58,591 bases of DNA, filler included, from Sphacelaria rigidula (GCA_964200075.2; 7 parts of 7 records of this genome joined end to end with filler, not necessarily neighbours in it), one strand, 5' to 3'; positions 38,064-50,308 are shown, counted from the first letter of the whole stretch. The notes: generated by a model not told the origin, from the sequence alone. Numbers and translations are program-made.

Positions 38064-38540
38064 TGCCAGGGTGCCTGGGGTATCGACTGCCGAAAATACT
38101 TCAGTCTTGGGGTATCAAGGGCATGGAGTGCTGGAGTGCTGATAATATTGGACATTTCACGGTACCGACGGATGGATTTCCGGAAGTATTGAGTAGTCCA
38201 GGGTACCCAGGTCATGGAGTGCTGACAATACTGAACACTTTACGGTACCGACGGATGGATACCCGGAAGTATTGAGTAGTCCAGGGTACCCAGGTCATGG
38301 ACTACTGGCAATACTGAACATTTCAGGGTACCGACGGATGGAGTTCCGAAAGTAGTGAGTATTCCAGCGTTCCCAGCTGGGGTATCGATTGCCGAAAACA
38401 CTTTATTGTTCCGAGGTACCCAGGGCATGGACTGCTAGAAAAGTTGGACATTGCGCGGTACCAAAGGCATGGATTTCCGAAGTAATTGAGTATTCCAAGG
38501 CGCTGCTCACCTAGGGTATCGTCTGGCGAGAATACTCATT
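38064..38540. repeat. ~83-bp tandem repeat built from ~41-bp GGTACC-containing subunits
   Basis: ACGGTACCGACGGATGGAT..CCGGAAGTATTGAGTAGTCCAGGGTACCCAGGTCATGGA repeated, with degenerate flanking units. Confidence 0.85.
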
Positions 38541-38754
38541 ATCCTGTCGCCCCTGTCACCCCGATGGTTCAGTTGGTAGAAAACCCTTGAAAAATTTCCG
38601 ACGGTTAGGTCATGAGTTGGATCCTTAGTTATGTCACACGAACTGTTTTGTATATGTCCAACAGTGGAAATCGATTATCTCGTCAATATGCGATTTTGTT
38701 CGTCCGATTTTTTCTCCTCTTGTCTCGCAACAAATTCCGATGCTCGATGCAAAG

Positions 38755-38881
38755 GGGGGAAACGATGCCACTGCTCGCCCGACGCGACAGCTGCCGGCGG
38801 CGATGGAGTTCAGCTCCTTGGCGTCCAGCTCGCTGTCGCTGTACACAGCTGCCAGGGATAGCGTTCACAACGCTGGTTCAG
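38755..38881 (+). CDS. possible small exon of an unidentified gene
   Basis: Pyrimidine tract, AAG| acceptor and CAG|GTTAGT donor; GC-rich open frame GGNDATARPTRQLPAAMEFSSLASSSLSLYTAARDSVHNAGS. Confidence 0.3.
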
Positions 38882-39327
38882 GTTAGTCCTCTTTTTTTTT
38901 CCTGGCCCTGTCACTCTCTGCCGCTGTCTGGTTATACTCCAAATCCATTCGCAGTGCCATTGTCAGAAAGCGAATGTCAGATTTGTGTGGTATATTGATC
39001 AATTGATCCCTTAATTATCGCACGTATAAGTCATCTTCTAGGGACCCAGCCGTGGTCATCATCCACAAGATAAGACGTACCCCAAAGTAAATAAGTCGGA
39101 AATGCTCGCTCAGGAACAAGAAAATTGGAGAGGAAAAAGAACGGAAAATTAATCATATACAAACAGCAGGAATAACCGGAGAAGTAAAAACGAAAATAAA
39201 ACTACTGCAGACTTGTGTAACCATCTTCGTCGCTGCTCCACGAAAGAAGCAGCCCACAAAACACAGCTCACGCGGTACGAGCAGTACTGGAAACCCCGGG
39301 CGCTTTCTTGGGGCCATTTTAATCCCA

Positions 39328-39640
39328 GCGCCCTGGTGGGCTAATGGTCGGACTGCCATTAGGGTGGACAGAAGAGAAGGTGGATTCGATTCCCGCCAGG
39401 TGCATTGGATTTTTATCGGAAATTTCTGATTTCCACCTTCGAAAGCGTGAGCTCTTGAGTACCACAAACAGTTCGTTTAGCTGACTGAGTTTTGGTTGAC
39501 GAGAGGTGACGCGGTGCGGGAGTGCTGACCCAATCTGCGATTCTACCACAAAGTGAGGCGTGTACCGAGGAGAGATGGGTTGATACCTTGACACCACGGA
39601 CTCGCCCCGAAGGAAGGGGAAGGGTTCAGAGTGTGACCCA
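39328..39640 (+). mobile_element. probable second tRNA-derived SINE
   Basis: tRNA-like head at 39328-39404 (CCTGG...TGGGCTAATGG...GATTCGATTCCCGCCAGGTGCA) without a proper anticodon arm; 3' limit approximate. Confidence 0.55.
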
Positions 39641-39996
39641 AATGTATATCTTGCTACACGAGGGAAGCCGGTACATCCGACCGTTTGGGGTCGTGCAGCG
39701 TGAGAATGTAGCACGGGTACAGATCGCGTTCCTGAGAGGCAAGTGAAGGAAAAAATCGCAAGGTTGTGTTTTGTAGGGTATACTCGGAACTGGGGGGATT
39801 TTTCGTTGGCGCACCAAGCCATACCGGGATATGTACGGAATATTCCGGTACGGGTTGGCAGGGTGTCGGTCCCTTTTCCGAGCATTCCGTTGTGGTTCGG
39901 AAGGATTAGTTGTCGATAAAATACCTCTCGTAACCCTTTTGGAACCGTCACTGGAAAAGTTACGATTTGTAATTGATGTTTTCTTCGGCAAGGTAT

Positions 39997-40255
39997 CACG
40001 GCCAGGACGAATCATCACGACTACGAATCACCAAATCCACGATTTCTTTGGCCTGAGTGCCCAAAAGGGAGAAAAAAACGTTGACCGCTAGTCCAAGGGA
40101 TATCCACGCAACGTTTGCGCCATTCCACGTGTGTGGGCTGCGTGTACCTGGGTTGCAACGCTGAAAACAAAGCCTGGAGATTGATTCGTACGATTCGAAT
40201 CAATGGTATTAAAACCAAGTAATGTCCAGACGAATCATGATTTGTCCGACCCTTG
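39997..40255 (-). mobile_element. MITE family B, complete inverted copy
   Basis: CACGGCCAGGACGAATCAT...ATTTGTCCGACCCTTG. Confidence 0.85.
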
Positions 40256-40870
40256 GAGCATTCCGTTGTGGTTCGGAAAGATTAGTTGTCGAAAAAATAC
40301 CTCTTGTAAACCTTTTGGAACCGCTGCTGGAAAAGTTACGATTTTCAATTGGCGTTTCCAAAGGCAAGGTATGGCTGTTTTTCTTCAGGTGTTGATGATG
40401 CAGCCCCAGAACAGAGGTGCACCACTCTAAGTTCAAGTATACTAGTGTGTCAGATTAGTGCACCGAACTCGAAGTGACGTTTCCACGGTGACGAAAGCTC
40501 GCATATGGAATTACTTATCTATCGCCACTTTTCCATCAACGGTTCCAAAAGGTTTAGACTTGTGTAACTACGCCGAGTTTTAGGTGGCATACCCTACAGA
40601 ACACAACCTAGCTCCGGAGCGTTCTTTCGGAACCCCTCGACCGCAAGATGAACCACAGATCGACCGACCTCTTGATCGATTTTCATTTTTTGGACCGTCT
40701 GGGATGATGGTTGGTATCCGTGGCGCGTACGAGTATGTACTGTGAGTGATGGTGTACATCAGCAGCACTTGGTGTGCCACCTCTGGGTAAGCCGTCTGGA
40801 TGATGACTTTTAGGGTATACTTGGCATCATGTTGGAATCCTCACTACTGTACCGGGGTACGTAGTTCATC

Positions 40871-40912
<42 letters not shown>

Positions 40913-41171
40913 AACCCCNNNNNNNNNNTCTCTTTGCGGCTTGGGGGTGTGGCTGTCTCGCTTCCCACCTTTTCCCTCGGTACCCTGTGTTCCTCCCCCC
41001 CCCCCCCCCCCCCCCCTCCTACATATCGCCCTGCGTAATGACTTTGTGGGCACCAAAACTCAAAACTCATCGTCAATCTCGGAGATCGCTCATACCGTCA
41101 CTTTTGTTTGTGTCCGTCATACTTCGATTTTAGCCCCTCCCCTTCTTCGGGAGGAGTCCAAAGTCTCAATG

Positions 41172-41825
41172 GCGGCTGTCATCCATATGCAAGATTATCA
41201 GCAGGCTACGGGCAGAAGAAACTTGGCAGAATGCATCTCACCCTTCATGTGACTCGCCGGACGCAACACGGCGCTTCGCGCGTGGTGATTGATTGCGAGC
41301 CTGGCCAGGCGAAAACCGGGCGTGCTTTGTCCCGGCTTTAGAGGGTTGCGAGGTCAATGGCCATACGACTACGGCATGCCAGATCATGGGAACACCCCGT
41401 CCGCCCCCCCACTATCCCCTTTTTCGCTATACGAGGAGATGAATGGTGGCCATGGACGGCGAAATAGGACGGGGATAAGATATGTAAAAAGGCCATCGTG
41501 TATTGTATGAAAAAACGTCATGAGCGCCAAAAATGTTGAAAGTGTCTCCAATAGAAGTACGAACGCTGCTCCGTCTCGAAAGGAATGCGTGGTCAAAATG
41601 CGATTGACTTGAGGCAAGCGAAAGATGGGTACCTCCGCCCGCTACTCGACAGGAACGCGAGGTCAATGCTACTATGACCACGGCATTCAAGATCATGAGT
41701 ACACCCCTCCCCCCCCCCCCTAATGGAGGAGGAAGTCGATGGACAGAACTGCCTCTGTGGCGAAGCAATAGAGAACAGAAGTCATAGAGTGGCAAAATGT
41801 GAACTATACAAGGAGGAACGGGACG
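41172..41825 (+). mobile_element. stack of four same-orientation LINE/retroposon 3' fragments (families D, C, D, C) separated by C-tracts
   Basis: 41172-41410, 41425-41640, 41645-41720 and 41724-41825 (EEEVDGQNCLCGEAIENRSHRVAKCELYKEERD). Confidence 0.8.
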
Positions 41826-41925
41826 NNNNNNNNNNNNNNNNNNNNNNNNNNNNNNNNNNNNNNNNNNNNTTAATTAATTAANNNNNNNNNNNNNNNNNNN
41901 NNNNNNNNNNNNNNNNNNNNNNNNN
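41826..41925. other. artificial contig linker
   Basis: N44-TTAATTAATTAA-N44. Confidence 0.98.
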
Positions 41926-41959
41926 TGGGAGTTTTCGTCGGGAAATTTCCCGCGGAGTA

Positions 41960-42020
41960 CCCTGGAAATTTCGAGCAACAAATGTCCCAAAATACCCCCC
42001 CTCCTATCGTAGAATGGCTC
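41960..42020 (+). repeat. terminus of dispersed TIR family H (GAG...CTC ends)
   Basis: CTGGAAATTTCGAGCAACAAATGTCCCAAAATACCCCCCTCCTATCGTAGAATGGCTC; inverted copy at 58513-58572; related ends at 8433 and 9256. Confidence 0.7.
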
Positions 42021-42047
42021 TTCGGTGCTGAAGAAAATACGTGGAAG

Positions 42048-42200
42048 CAGGGTTGCACATCGGATATCGATACTCGATACGATTTCGATAAATATCGGCG
42101 ATATGCCATATCGGTATCGGAGCGTAGAAAACCGATATATGTGATACGTATCATCAGTATTGAATATCAGTATCGAATATCGATATGCTCGATATTTTTG
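42048..42200 (+). mobile_element. hAT-like transposon end with subterminal CGATA motifs
   Basis: CAGGGTTGCAC start followed by dense ATCGAT/CGATA motifs in both orientations; partner end not found. Confidence 0.5.
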
Positions 42201-42748
42201 TTCATTTTTCGTCACATTAGCTCAATTTCTCGAAACCGTCGTCACACTAGTAACCACCTTGCTTCTGTATATTTGGTGTTCCCGCAGTGTCTACAAGTTA
42301 CACTTGCGAGTATAGCTGTGGAGCGGTTGCACGGTGTGCAAATGGACGCAGTATCTATTCGTAGGATGGGAGGTAACAGAGTAACCGCTGGCGCGTCGTG
42401 GGTTTGGTCATAAGATTCAGTGAGGGTGTTTACCAACGGTAACCTACGGGTGGCGTGGCGTAGTAGATGTAATATCACGATCAAAGCAAAGCTGCAGATA
42501 ATAATAGTAGAAAACAGCTGCTCTTTCGACTGCCATCAGGATCTCCAATGTCGCTCTCACCGTATCCTAGGGTTACTCGCCCCCTCTCATTTCCAGAGTG
42601 TGTGCACTGGGGACGTTAGCAGTACACTCCAAACATAGCCATCAGGCTATACCCCATCCTTTTTCTTTGGGCCAACTTTTTACAGAGGTTTTCTCCCCTC
42701 TTTTTTCTTCAAAGAAAGTGCGTCCGACGGGAATCGAACCAACGATCA

Positions 42749-42846
42749 ACTTTTGTAACGGTTTAAGAGACAACCAACTAGACTACTGACCCGTCAGCGC
42801 TGACCGGTCAGTAGTCTAGTTGGTTATCTCTTAAATCGTCAAAGTC
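42749..42846. repeat. spacerless palindrome formed from a tRNA-like SINE head
   Basis: Centre AGC|GCT at 42798/42799; arms ~49 bp with a few mismatches; minus strand 42718-42798 has A box TAGTCTAGTTGG and B box GGTTCGATTCC. Confidence 0.85.
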
Positions 42847-43062
42847 TGGAAATTACTTGATTCTAGTGTCATAGATTTGTACCGTACGAATCAATCCTTG
42901 GGCTTTGTTTCCAGCGTTGCAACCCCAGGCACGCGGAATGGCGCAAAAGTTTCGTGGGATCCTTTTTGACCATCGGCCGATTTTTTTCTCTCTTTCGAGC
43001 AATCAGGCCTGAAAAATCGGGGATTAGGTGGTTCGAAGCGGCGATGATTCGTCGGAACCGTG
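42845..43062 (+). mobile_element. MITE family B lacking its left TIR
   Basis: Collinear with 35357-35589. Confidence 0.8.
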
Positions 43063-44415
43063 CACAGTATGAGAAACCCATGATCTTGAGATCCTTCTTT
43101 CAGCCGCGTCTCATTGAAGCAAGGTCACTGAGACAACTGCGGTGGGGCATTGAGGACAATGGACGTTGTGCCAAACGATATAACACCGCCGGACCGTCCC
43201 AACGATCACCTCTCCTCGCGCTGCATCGTATTCAAGAAGACAGCGTTTTGGAGAACGTCCGTGCACCTCGGTGCGTTCTCAGAAACCGGCTTCAAACGGT
43301 AAACCACGCACACAAAAACGGGAGAAGGATCGAAACGGCAGATTGATCTGAAACAAGGCAATACTAGATACCATTCTCCAACACAGGAGAACACACCACC
43401 AACTTTAAACGCTGTACGTACGTACGCTACGAATCGTGACTAATCGCCCCGTACAAATTAGTATGTATACACCGGCGAGGCACCACGACACCGCTCGCAA
43501 AAGCCCTTCTAAACACCACAAGAACGGAGCAAGCACTTACACTGTGACAACTAGGAGTGATACCTATTTACTCGTGTGTTGATTTCTCAATCGCCGTGTG
43601 TCAATACCACTTGCATACTTCCTGCGCTTCGATCCTCTCATCCCAGTTGGTGGACATCCGTACAATCGACATAATATTACTCTAAGAAATGGCGAAGACC
43701 CAGATGACCCACTCGAGTGGTTAAACACGCCCTTGACCATTTACAGCGAGCAAGAGAAACAGAGCAACCTAAAAGCCTTCCCACTCGGTTTTCATGGACA
43801 CCCTCGCGTCCCCGCCCTGTACAAACCACACCCGTTCCGTTGGCAAAAATCCAACCCTGAAGTCGTTTCAAGGTCAATCAACCGTGGCGGGCACGCTACA
43901 CCACTCGTTTGGTGGAGGTCATACATGCGCATGTCGCCGGGTATTCAGTGATGGTGCCTCCCATGGGCAGCGTGTTCTCAACGAATAGAGCAGAGTGTAG
44001 TTCATAAATATCGACGACCGACTCAAATCAAATAACTGCGCAAGAACAAAAACACAAAAAACAACACGCCGTGAGGGACTGTCACTTTAATCATCACGCG
44101 CCAACGCCAGCTCACAGCCTTGCACACTGCACGAATGCGGCCGTGCCGCTACGACGATCTGAACGGACGCCATCGTCACAACACCCATCATCCTCGCGGA
44201 AGCAGCTGGACGCCCTGAGCCGTCGCCGTCGCAATCGTTCCATCCCAAAACCTCTCTGGTCACAAGTTTTGCAGAAAAAAAGCCAACATCCCCACTCTCT
44301 GTCTTACGTCCCGCTTCATGTCCAGCTTGGCTGGCTGTTGACTGGGAGGTGGAAAATTAGGAAGTCCCCGATTGTATCTTTATGTCTTGCCCACGCGAGA
44401 ACGGCTTACACATCG

Positions 44416-45028
44416 CTATAAAGATTTGCTGCTGCTGCTGCCGCCGTCACCGTCGCCCAACATATCACGTTCTCGTATTCTAGCAGCACCTGCACGCCCT
44501 CCGTCATCGCCTCCGGTAAAATCTCCCTCACCCAGGGCATCGCTTCTGTCCCTGCAAATCCCGCTGCCACCATCCTCCACACCCGATAATGGTTCGATCT
44601 CCGCTCCCACGGGCTCCTGCTCCGAAACGCCCCCCGCACTGGACCCCGTCCCAGTTGCGCCCCAGTCCAACTCCTCATCTCTTTCTCCTGCCGCTATACC
44701 ATCCCCGTCTGCCGGTATACCCCATGCCGTCCCTCCCGAGCCCTGCAAGTCACCCTCTTGAGTCCGTCGTTGTGCTGGGTTTGGGGGAACGGGAGGACTC
44801 TCAGCCGCATCTGAGTCCCGCGCAGTATACTGTTTCCTCTCTTGATTAGTTTCCATCCAAATGCCACCGTCGTCACTGCCACCGCCACCGGAAACGATAT
44901 CGCCGCCCGCGCCGCCTCCGGCGGCTTCCTGCAGCTCTCGCAGAAGCTTCTGCGCGGAGACCTCTAAGCGCCGGATAAAGTTTACGGGCGAGCTCGTGCA
45001 CAGCTTGTTGACCAGCATTGCGCCGGCC
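44416..45028 (-). CDS. START-domain protein, final coding exon
   Basis: GCAG| acceptor at 45029, phase 2, continues the upstream exon: R-AGAMLVNKLCTSSPVNFIRRLE (START C-terminal helix), then a Gly/acidic low-complexity tail; TAG at 44416-44418. Confidence 0.8.
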
Positions 45029-45322
45029 CTGCGTTACACAAGAGAAGAATGGAGCACCTTGATGGATGAACCATGTTTTATTTCTCAGTTGTACAGCGCG
45101 TCACAAATTCCAAACGAGATTCAGCAACACGCAAAGCAACCCCGGTCTTCCGTTCGTTTGTCACTCAGCAGTATCATACGCGTGCGACGTCACACTACTT
45201 GTAGACGTCCTGAGCCTGTTTCTCAGACTCCGTTCTACTATACAGGAGGAGCAATGGGGTAGGACAAACTCGCCAGCACAGTTCGAAACTTCTCGCATGA
45301 CCAATCACGTGCACATGCACGA

Positions 45323-46493
45323 CGAGCTGGGCCGGCCTGGACAAGGATTTAAGCTCTCAAAGCAGTATCTCGTCGACACGGACGAGTTGGGCCATGATCC
45401 GCATGTTGTATTTATCGTCCAACCAAGTGGAAGGTGTCCATTTGCTCAAAAGTTTGGGCCCATATTTTCTCGTTGATTAAACCCCATGTCTAGTAATTCC
45501 TATACCTAGCGGAGATAGCGTCCATACTAAAATCTCTATGAAACCCTTGATCGACGCATTCAGAGGATGACGTCGAATTTTGGTGTGGACATTCCCTGGA
45601 CCACGGGGAGACGATAGATACCCTCACCTTCACCTAATTCGTAATTTATCTCGACATATGGCGCACATTAGTTTCTATACTAAAATCATTATATTACGAG
45701 CAGAGGCACTAGAATAACTCAGCCTGGATATCGCGTCTCAGTTTTTGAGACTTATGCGATGAAATTTCGTACAGAGAACCGCTATTATGGTGCATAGTAA
45801 AGCTTGGAAAAAAACAGCTTTTTTTATATTTTTCTTGTGTTTTTCTTGTTTTTTTCCTATTTTTGTTTTCGGGTTTTGGGCGCAGTTTTGACGATAAATT
45901 AACACTGCTCTTGGGCGTCATCATTTTTTTTTGCTCAATTTCAAGAATTATGATTTGAAACTCAGGATAAAGAATTACAGAGGTATGCTGAAACAAAAAA
46001 ATGGTCGTTTCCATATTAAAGCGCCCTAAACCAGTGAAAAAAATAAAAAAATAAAGATGACCCACTTTGTTTCGCAATTATGCCCTAGCCACGGCCCACA
46101 CAAAGTTTCAATACACAAACACCAAACGTGGGCCGGTAAGTGGCTTGCAAAATACTGTTCTGAATTTCTTCTGACCCCGTAACTAAACGTCCCATTTATC
46201 GGCCAATATTTAGAGTTGGACCCTGAAATTTGGTATGGACAATGAATAGGGAAAAATATAAATACCAGTGTACACCAGTTTTTTTTCATGAGTTAAGGGT
46301 ATGTTACTGATACCTGAAAACTGCTTATTGCCCTCAACTCGTGAAGAAAGGAAAAAAAAAACTTGTGTGCACTGGTATCTGTTTTTATTATGCCCTATTT
46401 ATTGTCCATGCCAAATTTCAGGGTCCAACTCTAAATATTGGCCGGTGAATGGGCCTGCACACTACAAATTCGCTGCTCGGCTGGCCCAGCTCG
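45323..46493 (-). mobile_element. family E non-autonomous transposon, full-length copy inside the START intron
   Basis: CGAGCTGGGCCGGCCTGG ... CGGCTGGCCCAGCTCG|TA; collinear with 20786-21974. Confidence 0.8.
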
Positions 46494-48109
46494 TATGTGC
46501 TACGATTCATGGCACACGTGCACGCTGCACCCTCAACCCAGGCATGCTATGTTTGAAAAAAAGCGCTCGAAAAAGGCTTCGCACACATCCAACGAGCACG
46601 TCTATGATTCGTTGAAGTCGTTGAATTAGTCGGTTTTTTTCGAATAAAGTCGTGGGAGTCCACTCCAGGTCGTTGGAGTCGACTCTGAGTTGTTCCTCAT
46701 TTACTGAATTTAGATCAATTGTTATGTGTCCCATAGATCTCAATCTGCATGCAGATTGAGATCCGCCAGATCGGGATCTTCATTTCATGGGTCCCATTGT
46801 TGCCTGGATCAGGACAGCTTACACCGGGATTTTTTTTTGGGGTCGAGTCTCCCTCGATCGACATGCAGATCGGGAATAAGTTCTTATCCCTCCAGCTCGT
46901 CCGTCTGGAACGTACGTGCGGTGGCAGACTATAATGTGGTAAAGGGTGCTTGATCCTGCTGTACTTTGATATGAGCACAGACATTCTCATATGAGCACAG
47001 ACAACACCTACGTTTGCAGCAATTTCGTTGCGCAGGGCGGCTCATCACTTGCGCGGGGTTTGATAGAAAATGAAAAAAAAGTGATATCATGCCCTCTGGC
47101 GATGACTGTGCAGACGCCATGTACTCTGCTATATCGATACCGTGCGGTACTGCATTGTGCGGCACAGTGCTGGTCGGGTGGTGTACGGCAGTGCACTCGT
47201 CCTGCATCCGCACTGCACAGTTACGTACGGTACTGTTATGGGTAGGAATGGAGGCCGATTTTGGGTACTATATTCATGGAAAGTGCAAGCTGAACGCTAC
47301 ATGCGTCAAAAGTGGTCCGTAATCCAACGAATAATATCAAGGGGAAATACACGCGTCGCCTACAAATGACAATTTGACTGAAAAAAATGAACTATATTTC
47401 TAGTACATTTATTCAAGCCTGGGAGTGGTCGGTGTTGAGGTGATTTTGTTCCTCCGGAAAGCTCGCTCCACATCAGTAGATGGACAATCTTGTTGCACTA
47501 GCTAATAGTGTCCTTCCTCTGTACCAGTCGGGAAGCACACGCCCGCGAGCTGCTACCCCACGTTTACCGTCATTGCGAGATAACAAAAAAAGAGCACAAA
47601 CAGCAGCTGTTGTGGCCGCTGCACACCAACATAACTGCAGTGAAACGCGTGCCTGACATGGTGCTAGAACGACGAAGTACGGAAATCTGGAGATCATGAG
47701 CAGCAGCGTCGCGCATCAGAAAGCTACTGAGAACGATGCCGATGATGTTCGCGATCAAGAGGTTCATGCTGTGCGGATTGGCTACGCGCTGCATGTCCTA
47801 CACACAGCTATGACTGCGGGATTGGAGAGTGAATTTCTCATGGGCTCCATGGGGTCAGGGTCATGGCATGAGTGGAAGCAATCCCATCTTGTCAGTCGCT
47901 TGGGCACGGTATGGTTCTCCCTGTCCAGATCAACGTCTTCAACGTCATTTTTTCTCTATTTTCAGTATGTACGAATATGTGTACAGGCAAGTCACTTGAA
48001 ACATCGTGGCCCTGCCGACATAGGCATACATGGTGCGCAGTCTGGAATCAAGAGCACTCTTTGCGCCTTGGCTTCTCCGCTGAAACCCTCAGACACAACA
48101 GCCGAACTG

Positions 48110-48570
48110 AATGTGTGACCTCACTCTCTGCAACTCAATACATGAAGGGTACTCGCTGTTGAAAGGCGAAGTTGCCCTTCGTGCACAGCCGTACAGAACG
48201 AAGCAGCAGCAGCACCTGGTGGCATGCCACAAAGTGAAAAACAAAGCTTCTCGAACACTGAATAGTTTGCATCTCATTCTGATACTATTATAATATAATA
48301 GTACATACAGACAGTTACTGAATACATGACCGCGGTCACCAGCAGATGTAACGCACATACTCATGCTAAAATCACTCTCGACGCCTTGGCTTCTGCAATG
48401 GAGCCCTGACATGAAGCAGCCGCCAGCTTTGTCCTTCTTCTGTCAACTCTCCCTCTGTAATTCGACGCTTCAAAAGGTACTCGCCGTTGAAAGGCGCATT
48501 TGCTCTTTGTGCACAGCCGCTCAGAACAAAGCAGCGCCTGGGGGCACGCAACTCAAGTGCATGTTGTCAC
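48110..48570 (+). repeat. ~120-bp diverged direct duplication
   Basis: 48110-48240 versus 48440-48560 (GGTACTCGCNGTTGAAAGGCG...GTGCACAGCCG..CAGAAC). Confidence 0.65.
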
Positions 48571-49877
48571 AACTTGCTTGCAGGAGGAAAAGTAGTATGC
48601 GCACCGATTTTTTTGAATTTGCCATCTTCGACCTCAAAAGGCGCTACTGATCCTCAACCCGAAAGTGCCGATCGCGCACCTCTTACAACTCGGCAACGAA
48701 GCGAGGGATTGGACTGCGGTTTCTTGCGTGCGCTTCCCACACACCCAAGCTATGTCGCAACGTTTAGTTGTTGCGTTGCGCGTGATGCTGACTCGCAAAT
48801 GACCTGGATATACTAAAATAAGGAGTTTTCTGCTCTGGGAGGGGATTTTCGTGCCGCTGACGCGACGCCAGCAAAACATCAATTGTGAGCCCCTAGATCT
48901 TGTGTGTATGCGAGGGGCTGTCAAGTGCCGTGGACCGGCTTGCTTCCTGTGTCGAGAACCGCGCGATCTCCAGTGCTACTTTCCCATACTATGCCAACTT
49001 AATGGGCGATGAGGTGTGTGTTCTGTTCGTGAGGGCCTCGGCATAGGTCCGACCACCCGCTGAAGTGTTCATTATTCCTCCGCGTTATTTCTTATTTTAA
49101 ATCTTGTGCCGATTTTTGGTCGTTAGGACCCCCATTCCTACCCATAACTGTAGTTTGCAAGACTATACTACGGGACGGTACTATGTCATTATACTGTATT
49201 TATGGGGGTACGTCGCCATCTTTCGGCGGTGCCATAGTATGTGCTGAGCAATACCACGCCCTCTAGACAGAAACCCTGCATGTACATTTTTTTTGTAAAA
49301 TTCTGTTTAGCCAAAAAATAATATCCTACAGATCTTGGTGAAAAAACACGTGGGTTCAACAAAAAATAAGTTTTTCGTCGCGTGACTCGAGTCCGAGTTG
49401 TCCCTCATCTTCCGAATATAGTCGTTGGAGTCGACTCTGAATCGTCCGTTCTTGTTCGAATTCAGTCGCATAAGCCAGTCCTCGATGATTTCTCTTCCGA
49501 CTTGAGTCGCATGAACCAAAAGTCATGAATCAAGAATGCTGAGCGTGTGAAGCTTCGCACGCTCAAATCCAACGCTAAAATTGCGCGTGCCACGTCGGCG
49601 AACAGGACTTCATTTCCCACGCTCGCAACGACTCGCTATGCGTAGGTAATACGTACATACCGGCAGCCCTTCAGACGTCCGTGCCATGCCCCTGCCTTCG
49701 ACCATGATCTACTCGCGGATATTTCAAGCTTTACCTTCTGCAAGTTTAGGCTCCGACTTTCGCATCTTTGACGTTCCAATATTTGAGTTGTTTCCACTAG
49801 TATAGTGTACAGACACGTCAGACCGACATTGTGCTGCATGTAGAAAATATGAAGCATCGGTGCATAGGTGGTCTAAC

Positions 49878-50101
49878 CTGGTTTCCCCTGCACCGCCAGG
49901 GTTGACGTGGGTTACCATCATGAACTCGGTCTGGGACGGGTTCCCGGGAACGGGGCGCATGAAATTCCCTGCGAGAAGGATCTCTGAGCGGACGTAGGTG
50001 TTCGATCTCGGCGCAGCCGGGTGTTCCACCGGCCGGGACACCTGGGCCAATGTGCCGTCACTCAGAGTGCGGAAGTGCACGAGGGTGCAAAAATCTCGCG
50101 C
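49878..50101 (-). CDS. START (StAR-related lipid transfer) domain protein, internal exon
   Basis: ARDFCTLVHFRTLSDG...VEHPAAP...YVRSEILLAGNFMRPVPG...THVNPGG carries the classic START motifs (RDF, HP, YVR, NPGG). CCAG| acceptor and AG|GTTAGA donor; 224 nt. Confidence 0.9.
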
Positions 50102-50208
50102 CTGGCGTATTGGGGGGGGGGGGGGGGGGGGGGGGGGAGGAGGGGGGGGGGGGGCGGGGGGGGGGGGGGGGGGAGGCGGAATTTATGTGAAAACCACCAT
50201 CTTTCAAG

Positions 50209-50308
50209 NNNNNNNNNNNNNNNNNNNNNNNNNNNNNNNNNNNNNNNNNNNNTTAATTAATTAANNNNNNNNNNNNNNNNNNNNNNNNNNNNNNNNNNNN
50301 NNNNNNNN
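50209..50308. other. artificial contig linker
   Basis: N44-TTAATTAATTAA-N44. Confidence 0.98.

Noticed and set aside
39328..39404. tRNA-Gly-like gene
   Set aside because: The ends are tRNA-like, but there is no canonical anticodon stem-loop; treated as a SINE head.
47470..48120. Plus-strand ORF fragments inside the START intron
   Set aside because: Possibly decayed TE coding sequence, but no identifiable domain.
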